Shown here: one piece after another, positions 9,101 through 17,470 of the stretch | Layout: every line of letters begins with the position of its first letter | How positions within the stretch are numbered: the first letter of the stretch is position 1 | Source: a virus | Taxonomy: Duplodnaviria; Caudoviricetes | Strand: one strand, 5' to 3' | DNA length: 30,561 nucleotides | Virus record (IMG/VR): IMGVR_UViG_3300032216_000439 | Location: 1-30,561 of that record | The notes under the pieces: model-generated | Told to the model about the DNA's origin: nothing | Seen by the model: the letters and a program-made list of their open reading frames with translations, nothing else | The model's database searches: none | Program-made: the position numbers and the translations under genes

Positions 9101-10708
9101 TGTGGGATTTAACGTATAGACTGAGTTTGGAGTATCGTAAGCACCCCATGCACTCCATACAGGTGAGTTAGCTGTACCTGTATTTTTTCTAATTTGTGCT
9201 ACTACCTTTGCACCGGTTCCTGGAAAAGACTGACCTGCGTCTTTACCTTTTAGTTTAATTGTTCTGAATCCTTCTGGGTAATGAATAGATACGGTTACTG
9301 TTTCCGCACTGGCAGCAAAAGTATGAACTACCCATCCGGTATCATTTATGCCATAAACATTAACATCTGTATACACGGGTACGTAATTTCCAGCATCGTC
9401 TGTAGTAACTCCGGTTGCTTCTGAAGTAGTACCTATTACAGTAGTAGAACTTTTACCTGGATACTTTAATTCTATGCCTTTGTATACTTGAGCTACATCA
9501 TTACTGTATAGTCTTCTAAATTCTAATATTTCACTGCTGGTAGGGGTATTTTCGTAGCTGATAATAGATTTTGTATAATTGCTGTACTCAGACAAAGCTG
9601 TATTACCAATACGCAAAGAGGTTTCATCAATGTGTAAAGGCCCATAGCCCCAGATTAATAACATATTTAAATATGTGTCTGAGCTAACACTATCAGTAGT
9701 TGCTGTGGACATATCCCCATAAGTTATATATGTAGTAGCTCCTACTGGTGGAGTTAAACGTACTTTACCCAATACTACAGGAATGGCACCATATGGATTA
9801 AACTGATTTGATGCTCCACTAAACTGGAGCTGGGGATTACCTTGCGCAGGTTGACCCGGCTGAGTTGGTGGTCTAATTGGCGCAATTGCGTTAACCAAAG
9901 CACCCCCCAAGATCATGGCACCGGCGCTTGCTGCGGCTGCGGCTGCATACGCGTACCAAGGGCCTGTAGCAACTGCTGTTGCAGTAGCTGCGGTTGTACC
10001 CGGTATAGCATTAAAAGCCGCAGGGCCTATAACTTGAAAAGCTATATATGCTACAATTATAGTTAAAGCCATACGTGCTATGTCTTTACCTGGTACAGCA
10101 CGATATTCTACTACATCAGTGGCTTTTAAGCTAGTAGTAGGCCACTGATCTTCTGCAATTACTTTGCCGTTTACAAGAATATGTACGCGCTTAGCCAACT
10201 CTGAGTTAATTTTATACTCTTTGTTAATCCACTCGTACAATTCTGCTAACGTACTGCCTTCGGGAATAGTTACAGTTATACGTTCAGTTTTTAATGGATG
10301 AGGTACCGCATTGAGAATAGCACCTGCAGAATACTTAAAATATCCGCTGATTCTTCTAGCCCACTTCACAGAATCAAAACGTTCAACTGCTACGTCACTG
10401 CCTTCACGTACATGCATGAAATGGGTATCAGATACTGCAATACCAATATGTGTTTCTGCACCTAGTATTTTAAATAGAACTAAAGCACCTTCTTCGGGAA
10501 CGTCTAGGTTTTTCCAACCTTCACGATACTGTGCAATTAGTTCTGTGATACGTGCATCGTCTGAAATATCGTAATCTGCGGAAAAACTTGGCAACGTAAT
10601 ATTAAATTCTTCGGAATAAACAAGACGTGCTAACCCCCAGCAATCTAATCCTGTGTTGTCCCTGCCATTTGCTTTGTAAGGTATACCTATATATTTATTT
10701 GACCACAT
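3176..10708 (-). CDS. Central tail fibre / host-specificity protein: NlpC/P60 (gpK-like) + ubiquitin-like (gpI-like) + gpJ-like + FN3/Ig + beta-repeat C-terminus
   Basis: 2510 aa. GLDCWGL and THIGI NlpC/P60 motifs, ILVNG...LKATDVVEYRAVPG Ubl motif, PYGAIPVVLG / SNPA / RGDRVKVTHD gpJ-like motifs, PPSNVVNF...INLSW FN3 motif. Confidence 0.85.
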   Translation of the reverse strand: MWSNKYIGIPYKANGRDNTGLDCWGLARLVYSEEFNITLPSFSADYDISDDARITELIAQYREGWKNLDVPEEGALVLFKILGAETHIGIAVSDTHFMHVREGSDVAVERFDSVKWARRISGYFKYSAGAILNAVPHPLKTERITVTIPEGSTLAELYEWINKEYKINSELAKRVHILVNGKVIAEDQWPTTSLKATDVVEYRAVPGKDIARMALTIIVAYIAFQVIGPAAFNAIPGTTAATATAVATGPWYAYAAAAAASAGAMILGGALVNAIAPIRPPTQPGQPAQGNPQLQFSGASNQFNPYGAIPVVLGKVRLTPPVGATTYITYGDMSTATTDSVSSDTYLNMLLIWGYGPLHIDETSLRIGNTALSEYSNYTKSIISYENTPTSSEILEFRRLYSNDVAQVYKGIELKYPGKSSTTVIGTTSEATGVTTDDAGNYVPVYTDVNVYGINDTGWVVHTFAASAETVTVSIHYPEGFRTIKLKGKDAGQSFPGTGAKVVAQIRKNTGTANSPVWSAWGAYDTPNSVYTLNPTGAADFYERAVMSGDAFTTTHNIGRITLPFELRVRRLAEDSGNTADGEWRNYNKTILQTITTYNSISDVLIDPPNSKIAKAAINIKATDQLNSQVEGINALVQTIAPIWNSTNKDWSTSAPTSNPAALFYYVLTHPANPQRISSYESSRINLTALGDWYEYCVTNGFEHNAVLGTQRSVLDVLRDICAAGRASPALVDGKWTVLIDRVKDTVVQHFTTHNSWGFESTKVLPKFPDGLKVQFYDETLDYEQRELIVYDALKDGTTAELFESIQLPGVTSSAAVEKHARWHFAQAKARPEIYTVNTDIEYLVCNRGDRVKVTHDVPMWGLGSGRIKTRISDTILELDEPVIVTQTGSYTIRVRSVTGTGVGSTQILSSTAQIKNSYNVTAYSVASSAVTLSLDNTHAIQVGDIINVNTSNTSINSTVAEIKSTTSTTITYNKGGVSDTSGNTSGTAKVTDNYYTFVKLTSGITYADYGDLFLYGELDKESQDLIVLSVEPTGSAKSARLTLVDYGVTTGYNLFTDYESKTNPIKFLSNITLPPTLLIDSMGDAKPLITTASIKSDESVMELISPGVFRYRLNVPYTTSTDIPSTVAFVEGQINFASTSSDIGVTSEIVVFDSGTVSFTDVQQGILYQVRLRYIGKDGRAGLWTEWVEHKVTGKSNPPSNVVNFVAEAADTSINLSWTQCPELDYASTTIKYYVTGATTNNTWDTITNPDNILFEGSANTWDWIKPPTGNYTFLIKHKDTSDNFSVTAASTSIDFTLKDLAVITVELTKPNPLIASASDGTSPVLTNSGTEIRVYENAVPLPTVSGTPTNGTWKVVSKTDSGLVSATTPTVSSNYVTVGDLQSFSGDTGTVTYTITGKTTLGTAINRTIVQTYTKAKAGVAGNPGRTVDLTTTTQAFAYTAAGDTPSPGSATLTATPQNTTGTVYYEFSVGSTVVQNTATRTYTYTPPALYSSMPQQLTVKIREGATDGTVLASDTLAILGLKPGAKGTDGAKGTDAISGLLTNESATVAADSSGSVSSFTGTGGTFAVYDGLTAVTGTAAVTYSVFSTSGLTISIANTGIYTISAMSADSANAVLQAVYNGVTIQKVYNISKSKTGAQGADGNKTITIYASQWSNSGTPTYSQAATYTWSTRVVSAYPSGWTTSAGAAPASGYVLYQISLVIVDVASATSTSFNWSSAVSGSIGYRQDGSIGLTGASARTAYIVTTSATPPSTIIAGTGDVVPTGGGWSFTATSTLTAGQYMYQVDGLLSASTGNITWGNAYLSNLKVGSLSALAVDTGNLTISSTGSIKNSGGGYGTAGGFFLGYDTGTYKFSVGDKLTYNGTTLSVPAITINANGTLNNAGSGQVSLGGIGYTGDTDATRGAPVNTYVGSTLAQNVESNASTAYANAALAQTTASSALSAAGQAQSTATSALNSAGTKLSKSSADTLSGKITIAPSTADAGFVAGTLAWNTSGARTSGYGVAMTPKGLVGYAQDGTNTFAVNASDGSASFTGAVTATSGSFTGAVYASSGTFTGSVYASSGSFTGAVYASSGSFTGAVTATSGSFTGAVYASSGYLKGSLYGGAYSAYAWPAANAGVNAGFYLGPEGLLLGNNSLYTSTGTGGYFQVEANGNVIAPKFSISGGNAYFGGTLQAATGTFAGSLSAATGTFAGSLSAATGSFTGGVYGGDYLPQYGNNWPYANGANNLSGTGFALTSGGLLLGNYFAWAANPTGGIGYLQITNNGTLNAPGLNIANGNATFSGALSAATGTFKGSVKVGTAERSGTGITGAGAAIYDTGSFAMGGSTSSIVGNGTAIYLNGAVVSTTNIIDNSVTKITPFSVLSSGDYHTSYFSISDSAGSVNLVISYYAYAYYYENPSITSIEFTFTSHIEKNYSSLGSTTTVVATMAPTKDTGSIYYQKYFKNTNVMSYATSPLTAGSYQVITTVRMKLFAGTTEVVDGDGSGLTTLGRSIYQTQINGFVAEGKK
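4100..4177. repeat. 30-bp coding tandem repeat (AATGTFAGSLS), about 2.5 units
   Basis: ccagtagctgcactcaaYgaacccgcaaatgtt repeated. Confidence 0.8.
4411..4610. repeat. 30-bp coding tandem repeat (ASSGSFTGAV[Y/T]), about 6.5 units
   Basis: ccagaactagcRtaYacagctccagtaaaagaa recurs with a 30-nt period. Confidence 0.85.
6094..6129. repeat. Exact 18-bp duplication encoding GAKGTD x2
   Basis: catcagtacctttagctc occurs twice in tandem. Confidence 0.85.
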
Positions 10709-11232
10709 TAGAATAATCCTGGAAAGTATTTAGGAGAAAATGTGTGCATTGGAAAAGGCTCACGTTCGTAATCAATCATTGATAGGGATGCTACAACTGA
10801 ATCTGCATTATAAGTAAAACTATCTATGTACAACCCATCAAAAGATACTTCGACTACACTAGGGCTAGAAGATAATACTAATTGTAGTAATACTTTTGGA
10901 GGACCAGTAAGAGTTCGGATTAACGGAGTAGCAAATCTAGTTACATCGTTAAAAGTTATAGAGCACTTGGGTGCTTGAGCTTCGTCTTCTTGTGGCAAAG
11001 TAATTTGCATAGGTATAAACGTAAAGCTATGCCCTGTAGGGCCTACTACTCCGTATACTACATCATCATCTGTTTCAGAAATACGTTGAGTGTATCCATC
11101 ACAGATACGCATGACTACACTGGTAGGAGCTGCTGGATCATAGATAGTCAGCAACATAAATAAATCGGCATCCGCATCAGGAGAAAATACTGTGCGGATA
11201 GCCTCTGCTGTCATTGAAGACACACGGCTCAT
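10708..11232 (-). CDS. Minor tail protein (DUF1833 / lambda gpL-position)
   Basis: 174 aa with FTFIPMQITLP and EPFPMHTFSPKYFPGLF. Lies directly upstream of the NlpC/P60 gene. Confidence 0.7.
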   Translation of the reverse strand: MSRVSSMTAEAIRTVFSPDADADLFMLLTIYDPAAPTSVVMRICDGYTQRISETDDDVVYGVVGPTGHSFTFIPMQITLPQEDEAQAPKCSITFNDVTRFATPLIRTLTGPPKVLLQLVLSSSPSVVEVSFDGLYIDSFTYNADSVVASLSMIDYEREPFPMHTFSPKYFPGLF

Positions 11233-11597
11233 GGTAGTACCTCAAATTGTATTGTTACATTATAGTACCCTGGAGCTACATAACTCAAAGTATAGTAGTC
11301 TCCGCCTCCTTGCGGCACTATCCGTACTTCTTTAATAACTGCAGTTCTAGGGTGTTTGAAACCAAAACGTGCAGTACCTTTTAAAGTAATTTTTACAAAA
11401 TTTTCTAAAATAGTTACCTGAGCAGTGGTCATTAAAAAAGTTAAATTTAGTGTTTGGGGTTTAACACCTCTATACCGTAACTTTGCAGGTCCTTGATCCG
11501 TGGGAGTTCTTAAAACAAGAACTCCTCCTGTTTCTGTGAACCCTTTTTGAGGGCTTTCTGGTAATCCTGTACCTACCCAAGTATACGCATACGCCAT
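11229..11597 (-). CDS. Distal tail protein (lambda gpM-like)
   Basis: 122 aa right after the TMP. LRTPTDQGPAKLR and FVKITLKGTARFGFKHPRT motifs. Confidence 0.7.
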   Translation of the reverse strand: MAYAYTWVGTGLPESPQKGFTETGGVLVLRTPTDQGPAKLRYRGVKPQTLNLTFLMTTAQVTILENFVKITLKGTARFGFKHPRTAVIKEVRIVPQGGGDYYTLSYVAPGYYNVTIQFEVLP

Positions 11598-11598
11598 A

Positions 11599-14500
11599 TT
11601 ATCTCCTAATTAATGCTGGTTGTAATCCATAAGTACTACGTAATGAACGTTGTGAATTACTTCCATTCCTGGAAATTTCACCTGCTGATAAGTCTCCAAC
11701 AATAACTTCCACTTTTCTATTGCCTCTGCTGTCTGTTGATTCTTTTGTAGTTGCTTTCTCGCTACCGTAGTTGTGGACTACAACTTCTACGTTTCCACCG
11801 TTGTTACCGCTGCGTACGCCTAAGTTGCCTTGTGAATCGCGCTTTAAAGGCATGATCGCTTCAGGGCCTGCTTCACCCATGAGACCGGTGCCACTGGCAA
11901 ACTTGAATAGGGTTGGTGAATCAACTATGGAGTTTGCAAAGGATCCGCCCATGGCGAACTTCTTGATACCCATGTCATATGCACCGCCCTGAGCTAAACC
12001 TACTAATGCAGATCCTGTTGTACCACCTGTATATCCGCCCACCAAATTTTTAATTGTATCACCAACACTGCCCATCATTCCACCAAAATTCATTAAACCA
12101 GGACTAGCAGACTTATATAGACTGGATGCTTGCTCTCTTAATTCCCAGCGCACCAAATCAGCAATCATATTATTAATTAAATCTTTGAAACTCATCTTAC
12201 CAGTTCTGGCAAATTCTACAATAGCATCAGCCATTCCTTCAAATGATTTCTTAAATACATCTGCATAAGCATTTTGGCGGTCTGAGTATTTACTACGTTC
12301 TTCGATATCTGCTCTTCTTGCAGCTGCTACTTTACCTATTGCATCTAGTTCGGTATCTCTTTGATTTTGTACTGCTTTTATTCTTTTTTCTGCTAGATCA
12401 AATTCTGGGGTTTCTGAGAACAGAGTTTTCTTATAATTTTCTAAATCTTTAAGTATATCAGTATATTTTTCTTGTGTTGTAGTTCTAGATTTATCAGCGG
12501 CTAGTTCTAAATTAGATATTTCTAATAGAGCTTTCCTTTTGGTATACTGGTCAGCCGTTAAAAGATCCATTGCTTTCTCAGTTTCTAATCGTATCCCTGC
12601 TACTTCTGATTCTGTGCTACGTCCAGTATAATTAGTAGATTGAATAATTCTACTTGTTTCAATTTCAAATTTTAATCGCTCTTCTGCTCTGTCTCTTAGA
12701 GTTTTTTGTAGTACGGCGGTATTATTTAGTATCTTATTCTGAGCTTCTTGATTAATTTTTGTCTTATCAATAGTCTCTAAAATTAGAATCTCTTGTTTAA
12801 TTCTATTGATATTAGTATCGTCTTTTTCTTGGTCTAATTTTGACATTACTAATTGTTTTAGTGCTATTTGTGCATTAATTGCATCTATCTGCTGATCTGC
12901 GCCGGCTTGAACAATTCTATTTTGACTAACATTTTTTGTTTGTAAGTCTATATCTCTAAGAATCTTTCCTTGAGCTTCTAGTGTCGATAGTTTATCTAAT
13001 TCATCCTGTGCGGCTAATTTGCCCGCTTCCCTAGCTTTAGATTGTTGGTCATAAATAATCTTAATTACACCTGCCTCTTTGGTTATATCTACAGATTTAT
13101 ATTGAGCTCCAAGCGCATTTAACTGTGCTGTACTAGCTTCTAGCATTTGCTGGAAGTTAATATCTTCGCGAGTTACACCTTCTTTACCTGCTTTAAATTG
13201 TTCGATTAATTTTGAAGACCCGCCTTTAACAGCTAACTGTTCTGGGGTTTTATTTTCATAATTTTTTAATTTGTCTTCTAGTTTGGTTTCTCGCTTAACT
13301 ATCTCAGCTGCTTTTCCAGTACCACCTTCTTCTTTAGATTTTCTATCCATAGCATCTAAATTACCTTTTTCTCTGGAAAGTCTGTCTAGTTCTACCTGAG
13401 TACTTAGTTTTTCTGTAGCTATGATTAAATACATCTGAGTTCTTATAGCAGCCATCTGTGCATCTATATTTAATTTATCATTTTTTGCTTTAATATCTAT
13501 AGCTGCTAGACTATCTCCTAATAGTCCGGCCAACGTACCAGATACTATAGTAGCGGCTTTGGCCCATTCAATTGCTACCTTAGAAGATAGTATATTTGCC
13601 CCCGCTACAAATTGATCTCTAACTGCATTACCAAAAACATCTTTAATTTCATCTTGCTTAAGTTTTACTGATGCTGCTACATCAAGTGAAGCTTTCTTAG
13701 AGTCTAAAGCTCTTTGTATATCTACACGTAATTTTTCCGCTTCCGCTTCTAGTAAAGGAAGCCTATCTGCTCCTACTCCGCCCAATTTTATAGCTGCTAT
13801 GCTAACATCAATTTCTACTTTTTTACTAGAAAGGCTAGCTATCTCTTGGTCTATGCCACCTAAATTTTCTTTAGCATTACTGGCTTTTATACTAAGCATA
13901 TTAAGCTCATCGCTATACTTAGCCATATTTCTAGCTGCTTCCGGAGGGAATAGTTTTAATGCAGTAATATCTCCTGCTAATGCTTTCATAACTACTAAAG
14001 ATTCTATAGGATCATTTAAAGCAACTTGCATTTTTGCAGCATCTGCCATCATATCTTGCCCTAATTTAGATAATGGGTCTTGGGGTAGAGAACTGGTCAT
14101 AAATGCAGTTAAAGCTTTTCCGGACTCCTTCCATGAATCTCGTAATTCTATACCACGAGCAGCACTTATTTGTTGCTCTTTAGCTAAAGTACTTAGGCTA
14201 TCTACTACAAGTTTAATTTGAGTACCTGCCGAACCGCCCAAAGACATGTAAGCTTGTTTAAGTCCGTCTATATCGCCTACACTAACACCCAATATGCCTT
14301 CAATCTTTTTTCTAGCACCTGTAGTTGCTTCGGAGGGTACCGCTGCCTTGAAAGCTGTTTCTATAGACTTGGCAAATTCTCTAGAAGATTTGCTCTGTAC
14401 ATCCTGTCCTACTATACCTTTAAAGAAATTAATAAATTTATCAAAACCCTCCATCTTATCCATTTCTTTATTAGTACTACTTATCATATTAGAAATAGAC

Positions 14501-16479
14501 AAAGTTAACTCACCAAAAGCAGTAGTTCTAGCATTAATTGAGTCTATAGTTAGGCGTTCGAAAGGATTACGCGATGCAATATCTTTTAAAGTTTCATTTA
14601 CAGTTTTACCTGCGTCAGTTAATTTTTCTATTGCCGCAGTTGTTGTTGCAGATTCTTTTTCAGTTTTTGTAAATGCAGAAATAAGTAAAGAACCTGCTTC
14701 ATATGCCATCAATGCTGCAGTGCCCCACCCAGTCAGTGTACTTAAAGCTGCACCTATACCTGTAGCTGCTGCAGAAGCACTTGCCCCAACTAACCCCATT
14801 AACCCAGCAGTTCTACCAATAGGGTCTACTCTTACATCCTGCCTTTTAGGAATTTTTTCGCCGCCAGGTCCCTCAATAAATTGTCCTGGCATAGGGATAC
14901 TTATCATGGCTCCTTGTTTACGTATTAAAAGATATTGTGTCCATGACTCTTTAAGAGATGCAACAAGTCCTAGTTCTTTAGTTGTAGCTGCAGCTTTAGC
15001 TGCCATTTCACGTTGAACTGCCTTAATACCTAGTTCTCTAAACTCTGCATCTGCTAACATTTGTTTCTTAGATACTTCGGCGGCTTCGGCAGTTAGTAAT
15101 ATACCTTTGGCTCTTTCTGCTTGATATGCTGCTTCTGCTGCTATACCTGCTCTAATTGTAGCTGCTAGTTCTGCATAGCTAGCAGATAGTGCTTTATTGC
15201 TGGTTGCAGCTCGTGCAGCACGATCGTCCAACATTTTAAGATCTGCTTCAGATATTTGATATATACCTTTTTCCAGAATTTTGGACACTGTGGGCATTTG
15301 ACCTAGTTTGGATTTGCTTAATGCGTTGAATTTATCTGTAGCAGCATCTCTGGCTTGTACAAATTTTTCTGCTTCTGCTTCTGCTCTAGCAGTTATTGCG
15401 GCTTGATCTACTACTAGTGCTTGTCTGTACGGTGTACTTTTTGTAGCTACATTTGTTAAAGCATTTTCTGAGGCTTCTTTTAATCGTTCCCTGAATTGCC
15501 CAATTGCAGGGATGGCTTGTTTTAACAGCATGCTGCCTAGACCTGCTATTACCAGAGTTAAAGCAGTAGGGCTAGAAGCTAGTAAACTTACAAGCGGACC
15601 AATGACTTTATTTACTATTTCTAAGCCTGATTGCACCAAGTTTTGAAATGACGCAGATAGTTTTACAAAAGGATTGACATCAATATCAATTTTACCAAAT
15701 TTGTCTATGCCTTCTTTTAGCACAGCATTGGCGTATGCTTGACGCTTTTCAAAGTCAGTTAACTGACCTACACTTTTACCCACAGATCTAGCGTAATCTT
15801 CGGTTGCTGGACCTAATTTAGTAAATAAACCCAATTCATCTAATAGTTCAGGCTCTAACTTTGTTACGCCTCTGCTAATACGGCTGAAAGCATCTGTTAA
15901 ATTAATACCTAGTGCTTGGGATGCTTTGGTGGCCACTGTGCCCATTTTTAAAATCTGTTCGGAGGTAAGTCCTGCTGCACTTGATGTAGCTACGGCACCC
16001 ATACTATCACGCATAGTAATTGCACCACCTGTAACAGCTACTAGAGATTTAGCCAAAGATCCTAAACCTCGGCCAGATGCAGCACCTAGCTGGTCCAGCC
16101 CCTTTATCATATTAGCAGTATCCATAGCAGTAGACAAAGCACTAAATGCTGCGCTCACTGCGTAAATGTTAGCAGCAAAAGTAGCGTATACTCGTACTAG
16201 TCCGCTAAGGCCTTCTGATTCTTTTGCAAAGTCTCGGGCACCTGCTCCGGTAGTTCCGGCTACTCCTCTTTGTGCACCATAGGAGGCCGCAGCATTTGCT
16301 CCACCAGTAGCTTGAGTAATACTACTCAGAGTAGCAGCACCGCCTTTACCCATTTTAGCAGCTGCAGCAACTGCTTGATCTAGTACACCTTTTAATTCTT
16401 TAGCATCTTTGGTTACTTTACCGGTACTGCCATTATCTGATACATTAATGCCTATATTTACTGTATTCTCTGTTGCCAT
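11599..16479 (-). CDS. Tail tape measure protein
   Basis: Start moved to ATG 16479 (AGGAG RBS), 1626 aa, helical and Ala-rich. T5 pb2-like N-terminus (KLEPELLDELG) and lambdoid-type C-terminus (GEAGPEAIMPL). Confidence 0.9.
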   Translation of the reverse strand: MATENTVNIGINVSDNGSTGKVTKDAKELKGVLDQAVAAAAKMGKGGAATLSSITQATGGANAAASYGAQRGVAGTTGAGARDFAKESEGLSGLVRVYATFAANIYAVSAAFSALSTAMDTANMIKGLDQLGAASGRGLGSLAKSLVAVTGGAITMRDSMGAVATSSAAGLTSEQILKMGTVATKASQALGINLTDAFSRISRGVTKLEPELLDELGLFTKLGPATEDYARSVGKSVGQLTDFEKRQAYANAVLKEGIDKFGKIDIDVNPFVKLSASFQNLVQSGLEIVNKVIGPLVSLLASSPTALTLVIAGLGSMLLKQAIPAIGQFRERLKEASENALTNVATKSTPYRQALVVDQAAITARAEAEAEKFVQARDAATDKFNALSKSKLGQMPTVSKILEKGIYQISEADLKMLDDRAARAATSNKALSASYAELAATIRAGIAAEAAYQAERAKGILLTAEAAEVSKKQMLADAEFRELGIKAVQREMAAKAAATTKELGLVASLKESWTQYLLIRKQGAMISIPMPGQFIEGPGGEKIPKRQDVRVDPIGRTAGLMGLVGASASAAATGIGAALSTLTGWGTAALMAYEAGSLLISAFTKTEKESATTTAAIEKLTDAGKTVNETLKDIASRNPFERLTIDSINARTTAFGELTLSISNMISSTNKEMDKMEGFDKFINFFKGIVGQDVQSKSSREFAKSIETAFKAAVPSEATTGARKKIEGILGVSVGDIDGLKQAYMSLGGSAGTQIKLVVDSLSTLAKEQQISAARGIELRDSWKESGKALTAFMTSSLPQDPLSKLGQDMMADAAKMQVALNDPIESLVVMKALAGDITALKLFPPEAARNMAKYSDELNMLSIKASNAKENLGGIDQEIASLSSKKVEIDVSIAAIKLGGVGADRLPLLEAEAEKLRVDIQRALDSKKASLDVAASVKLKQDEIKDVFGNAVRDQFVAGANILSSKVAIEWAKAATIVSGTLAGLLGDSLAAIDIKAKNDKLNIDAQMAAIRTQMYLIIATEKLSTQVELDRLSREKGNLDAMDRKSKEEGGTGKAAEIVKRETKLEDKLKNYENKTPEQLAVKGGSSKLIEQFKAGKEGVTREDINFQQMLEASTAQLNALGAQYKSVDITKEAGVIKIIYDQQSKAREAGKLAAQDELDKLSTLEAQGKILRDIDLQTKNVSQNRIVQAGADQQIDAINAQIALKQLVMSKLDQEKDDTNINRIKQEILILETIDKTKINQEAQNKILNNTAVLQKTLRDRAEERLKFEIETSRIIQSTNYTGRSTESEVAGIRLETEKAMDLLTADQYTKRKALLEISNLELAADKSRTTTQEKYTDILKDLENYKKTLFSETPEFDLAEKRIKAVQNQRDTELDAIGKVAAARRADIEERSKYSDRQNAYADVFKKSFEGMADAIVEFARTGKMSFKDLINNMIADLVRWELREQASSLYKSASPGLMNFGGMMGSVGDTIKNLVGGYTGGTTGSALVGLAQGGAYDMGIKKFAMGGSFANSIVDSPTLFKFASGTGLMGEAGPEAIMPLKRDSQGNLGVRSGNNGGNVEVVVHNYGSEKATTKESTDSRGNRKVEVIVGDLSAGEISRNGSNSQRSLRSTYGLQPALIRR

Positions 16480-16535
16480 ATCTACTCCTGGTAAAGCCAG
16501 TATAAAAATTTTATGTGTCAATCACATTTTGTACA

Positions 16536-16564
16536 ATTATAACATCGAGGGTTACCAATGTCAA
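16536..16564 (-). promoter_or_regulatory. Sigma70 consensus promoter TTGACA-17-TATAAT, extended -10
   Basis: Minus strand reads TTGACA TTGGTAACCCTCGATGT TATAAT, upstream of the TMP. Confidence 0.85.
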
Positions 16565-16587
16565 GCATGTATTTTTCTCTGAGACAT

Positions 16588-16617
16588 AAAAAAGCCCCCT
16601 GCTAGAGGAGGCTTTTT
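16588..16617 (-). terminator. Intrinsic terminator after the tail chaperones
   Basis: GCCTCCT-CTAGC-AGGGGGC followed by TTTTTT. Confidence 0.75.
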
Positions 16618-16996
16618 AGGTCTTAGGTTTGCTGTCTTGTATTTGCTTAGCTCTAATTCCATCAATAAGAAGTATTAGTTCATAAGTTGATTTATGATCT
16701 TCTCTGGCAATTTCATAGAGATCTAAAATATCTCGTAATCCTGTGATATTTTTACCTATGTAGTTTCCGCCCATGTAATCCCAGTTATCTTGTAGATTAT
16801 TATATATCCTGAGTGCTTCTTGCACTTCTAGCGGCATATCATCTAGTTCTACAGGAATTTCAGAATCCGCAGGTTCAGTGCCCAGCACTTCGCACATTTC
16901 AAAATATTGATCGCGTGACATGCCCACAGAGCTATTTTGAAAGTATGATTCCAACTGCAAGTTTACTTGCTGGTGCTGGACTTCTGAAAGTTTCCC
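16616..16996 (-). CDS. Tail assembly chaperone, frameshift extension (gpT-like)
   Basis: Open -1 frame from the slippery site to the stop at 16616. The TTG at 16960 has no clear RBS. Located immediately before the TMP. Confidence 0.75.
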   Translation of the reverse strand, partial: GKLSEVQHQQVNLQLESYFQNSSVGMSRDQYFEMCEVLGTEPADSEIPVELDDMPLEVQEALRIYNNLQDNWDYMGGNYIGKNITGLRDILDLYEIAREDHKSTYELILLIDGIRAKQIQDSKPKT

Positions 16997-17403
16997 AGTT
17001 CTGATACATTTTCGCTAATCCACGAATCAAAGTTACTTGAAGCTTTCATTAAGAATAGGGCATTTTCTTCGTTATACTCCAACTCAGCATCCATGTCTTG
17101 TCCTGTTAAATCAACAGGAGCTAGTTGCTCTAGATAAGTTAGTTTAAAACCAGACCATCCTTTAATACATGCAGCTACATATAGCTGTAAGAATAAGTCA
17201 TCATTTAGTTCTTCTGTGGGTTGACGATTCTTAAAAGTGATTTTAGTGGCTTTCTTGCGAATGCCGACTAAGGTTTCACGAGATAAGAAATTAAGTTGAA
17301 TTTTAAACCCAGATAGGCCTGGAAATTCTACTTCGACTTGTTTACTAGGAACTAATAATGATTTTAGTGATAGGCTAGAAACTGAAACTTTGTCAATTGA
17401 CAT
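16963..17403 (-). CDS. Tail assembly chaperone (gpG-like)
   Basis: 146 aa between the tail tube and TMP genes. Ends in ...ELGNFQ with the slippery heptamer. Confidence 0.8.
   Translation of the reverse strand: MSIDKVSVSSLSLKSLLVPSKQVEVEFPGLSGFKIQLNFLSRETLVGIRKKATKITFKNRQPTEELNDDLFLQLYVAACIKGWSGFKLTYLEQLAPVDLTGQDMDAELEYNEENALFLMKASSNFDSWISENVSELGNFQKSSTSK
16990..16996 (-). other. Programmed -1 ribosomal frameshift site G GGA AAC
   Basis: X XXY YYZ heptamer in the correct phase. The -1 frame reads ...LSEVQHQQVNLQLESYFQ into the downstream ORF. Confidence 0.8.
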
Positions 17404-17425
17404 GAATTGTATCCTTTGTTATAAT

Positions 17426-17458
17426 AAAGAAAAAACGAGACGGTGATCAAGCCGTCTC
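17426..17458 (-). terminator. Intrinsic terminator after the tail tube gene
   Basis: GAGACGG-CTTGATCA-CCGTCTC followed by GTTTTTTCTTT. Confidence 0.75.
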
Positions 17459-17470
17459 TTGCAAAACTAA

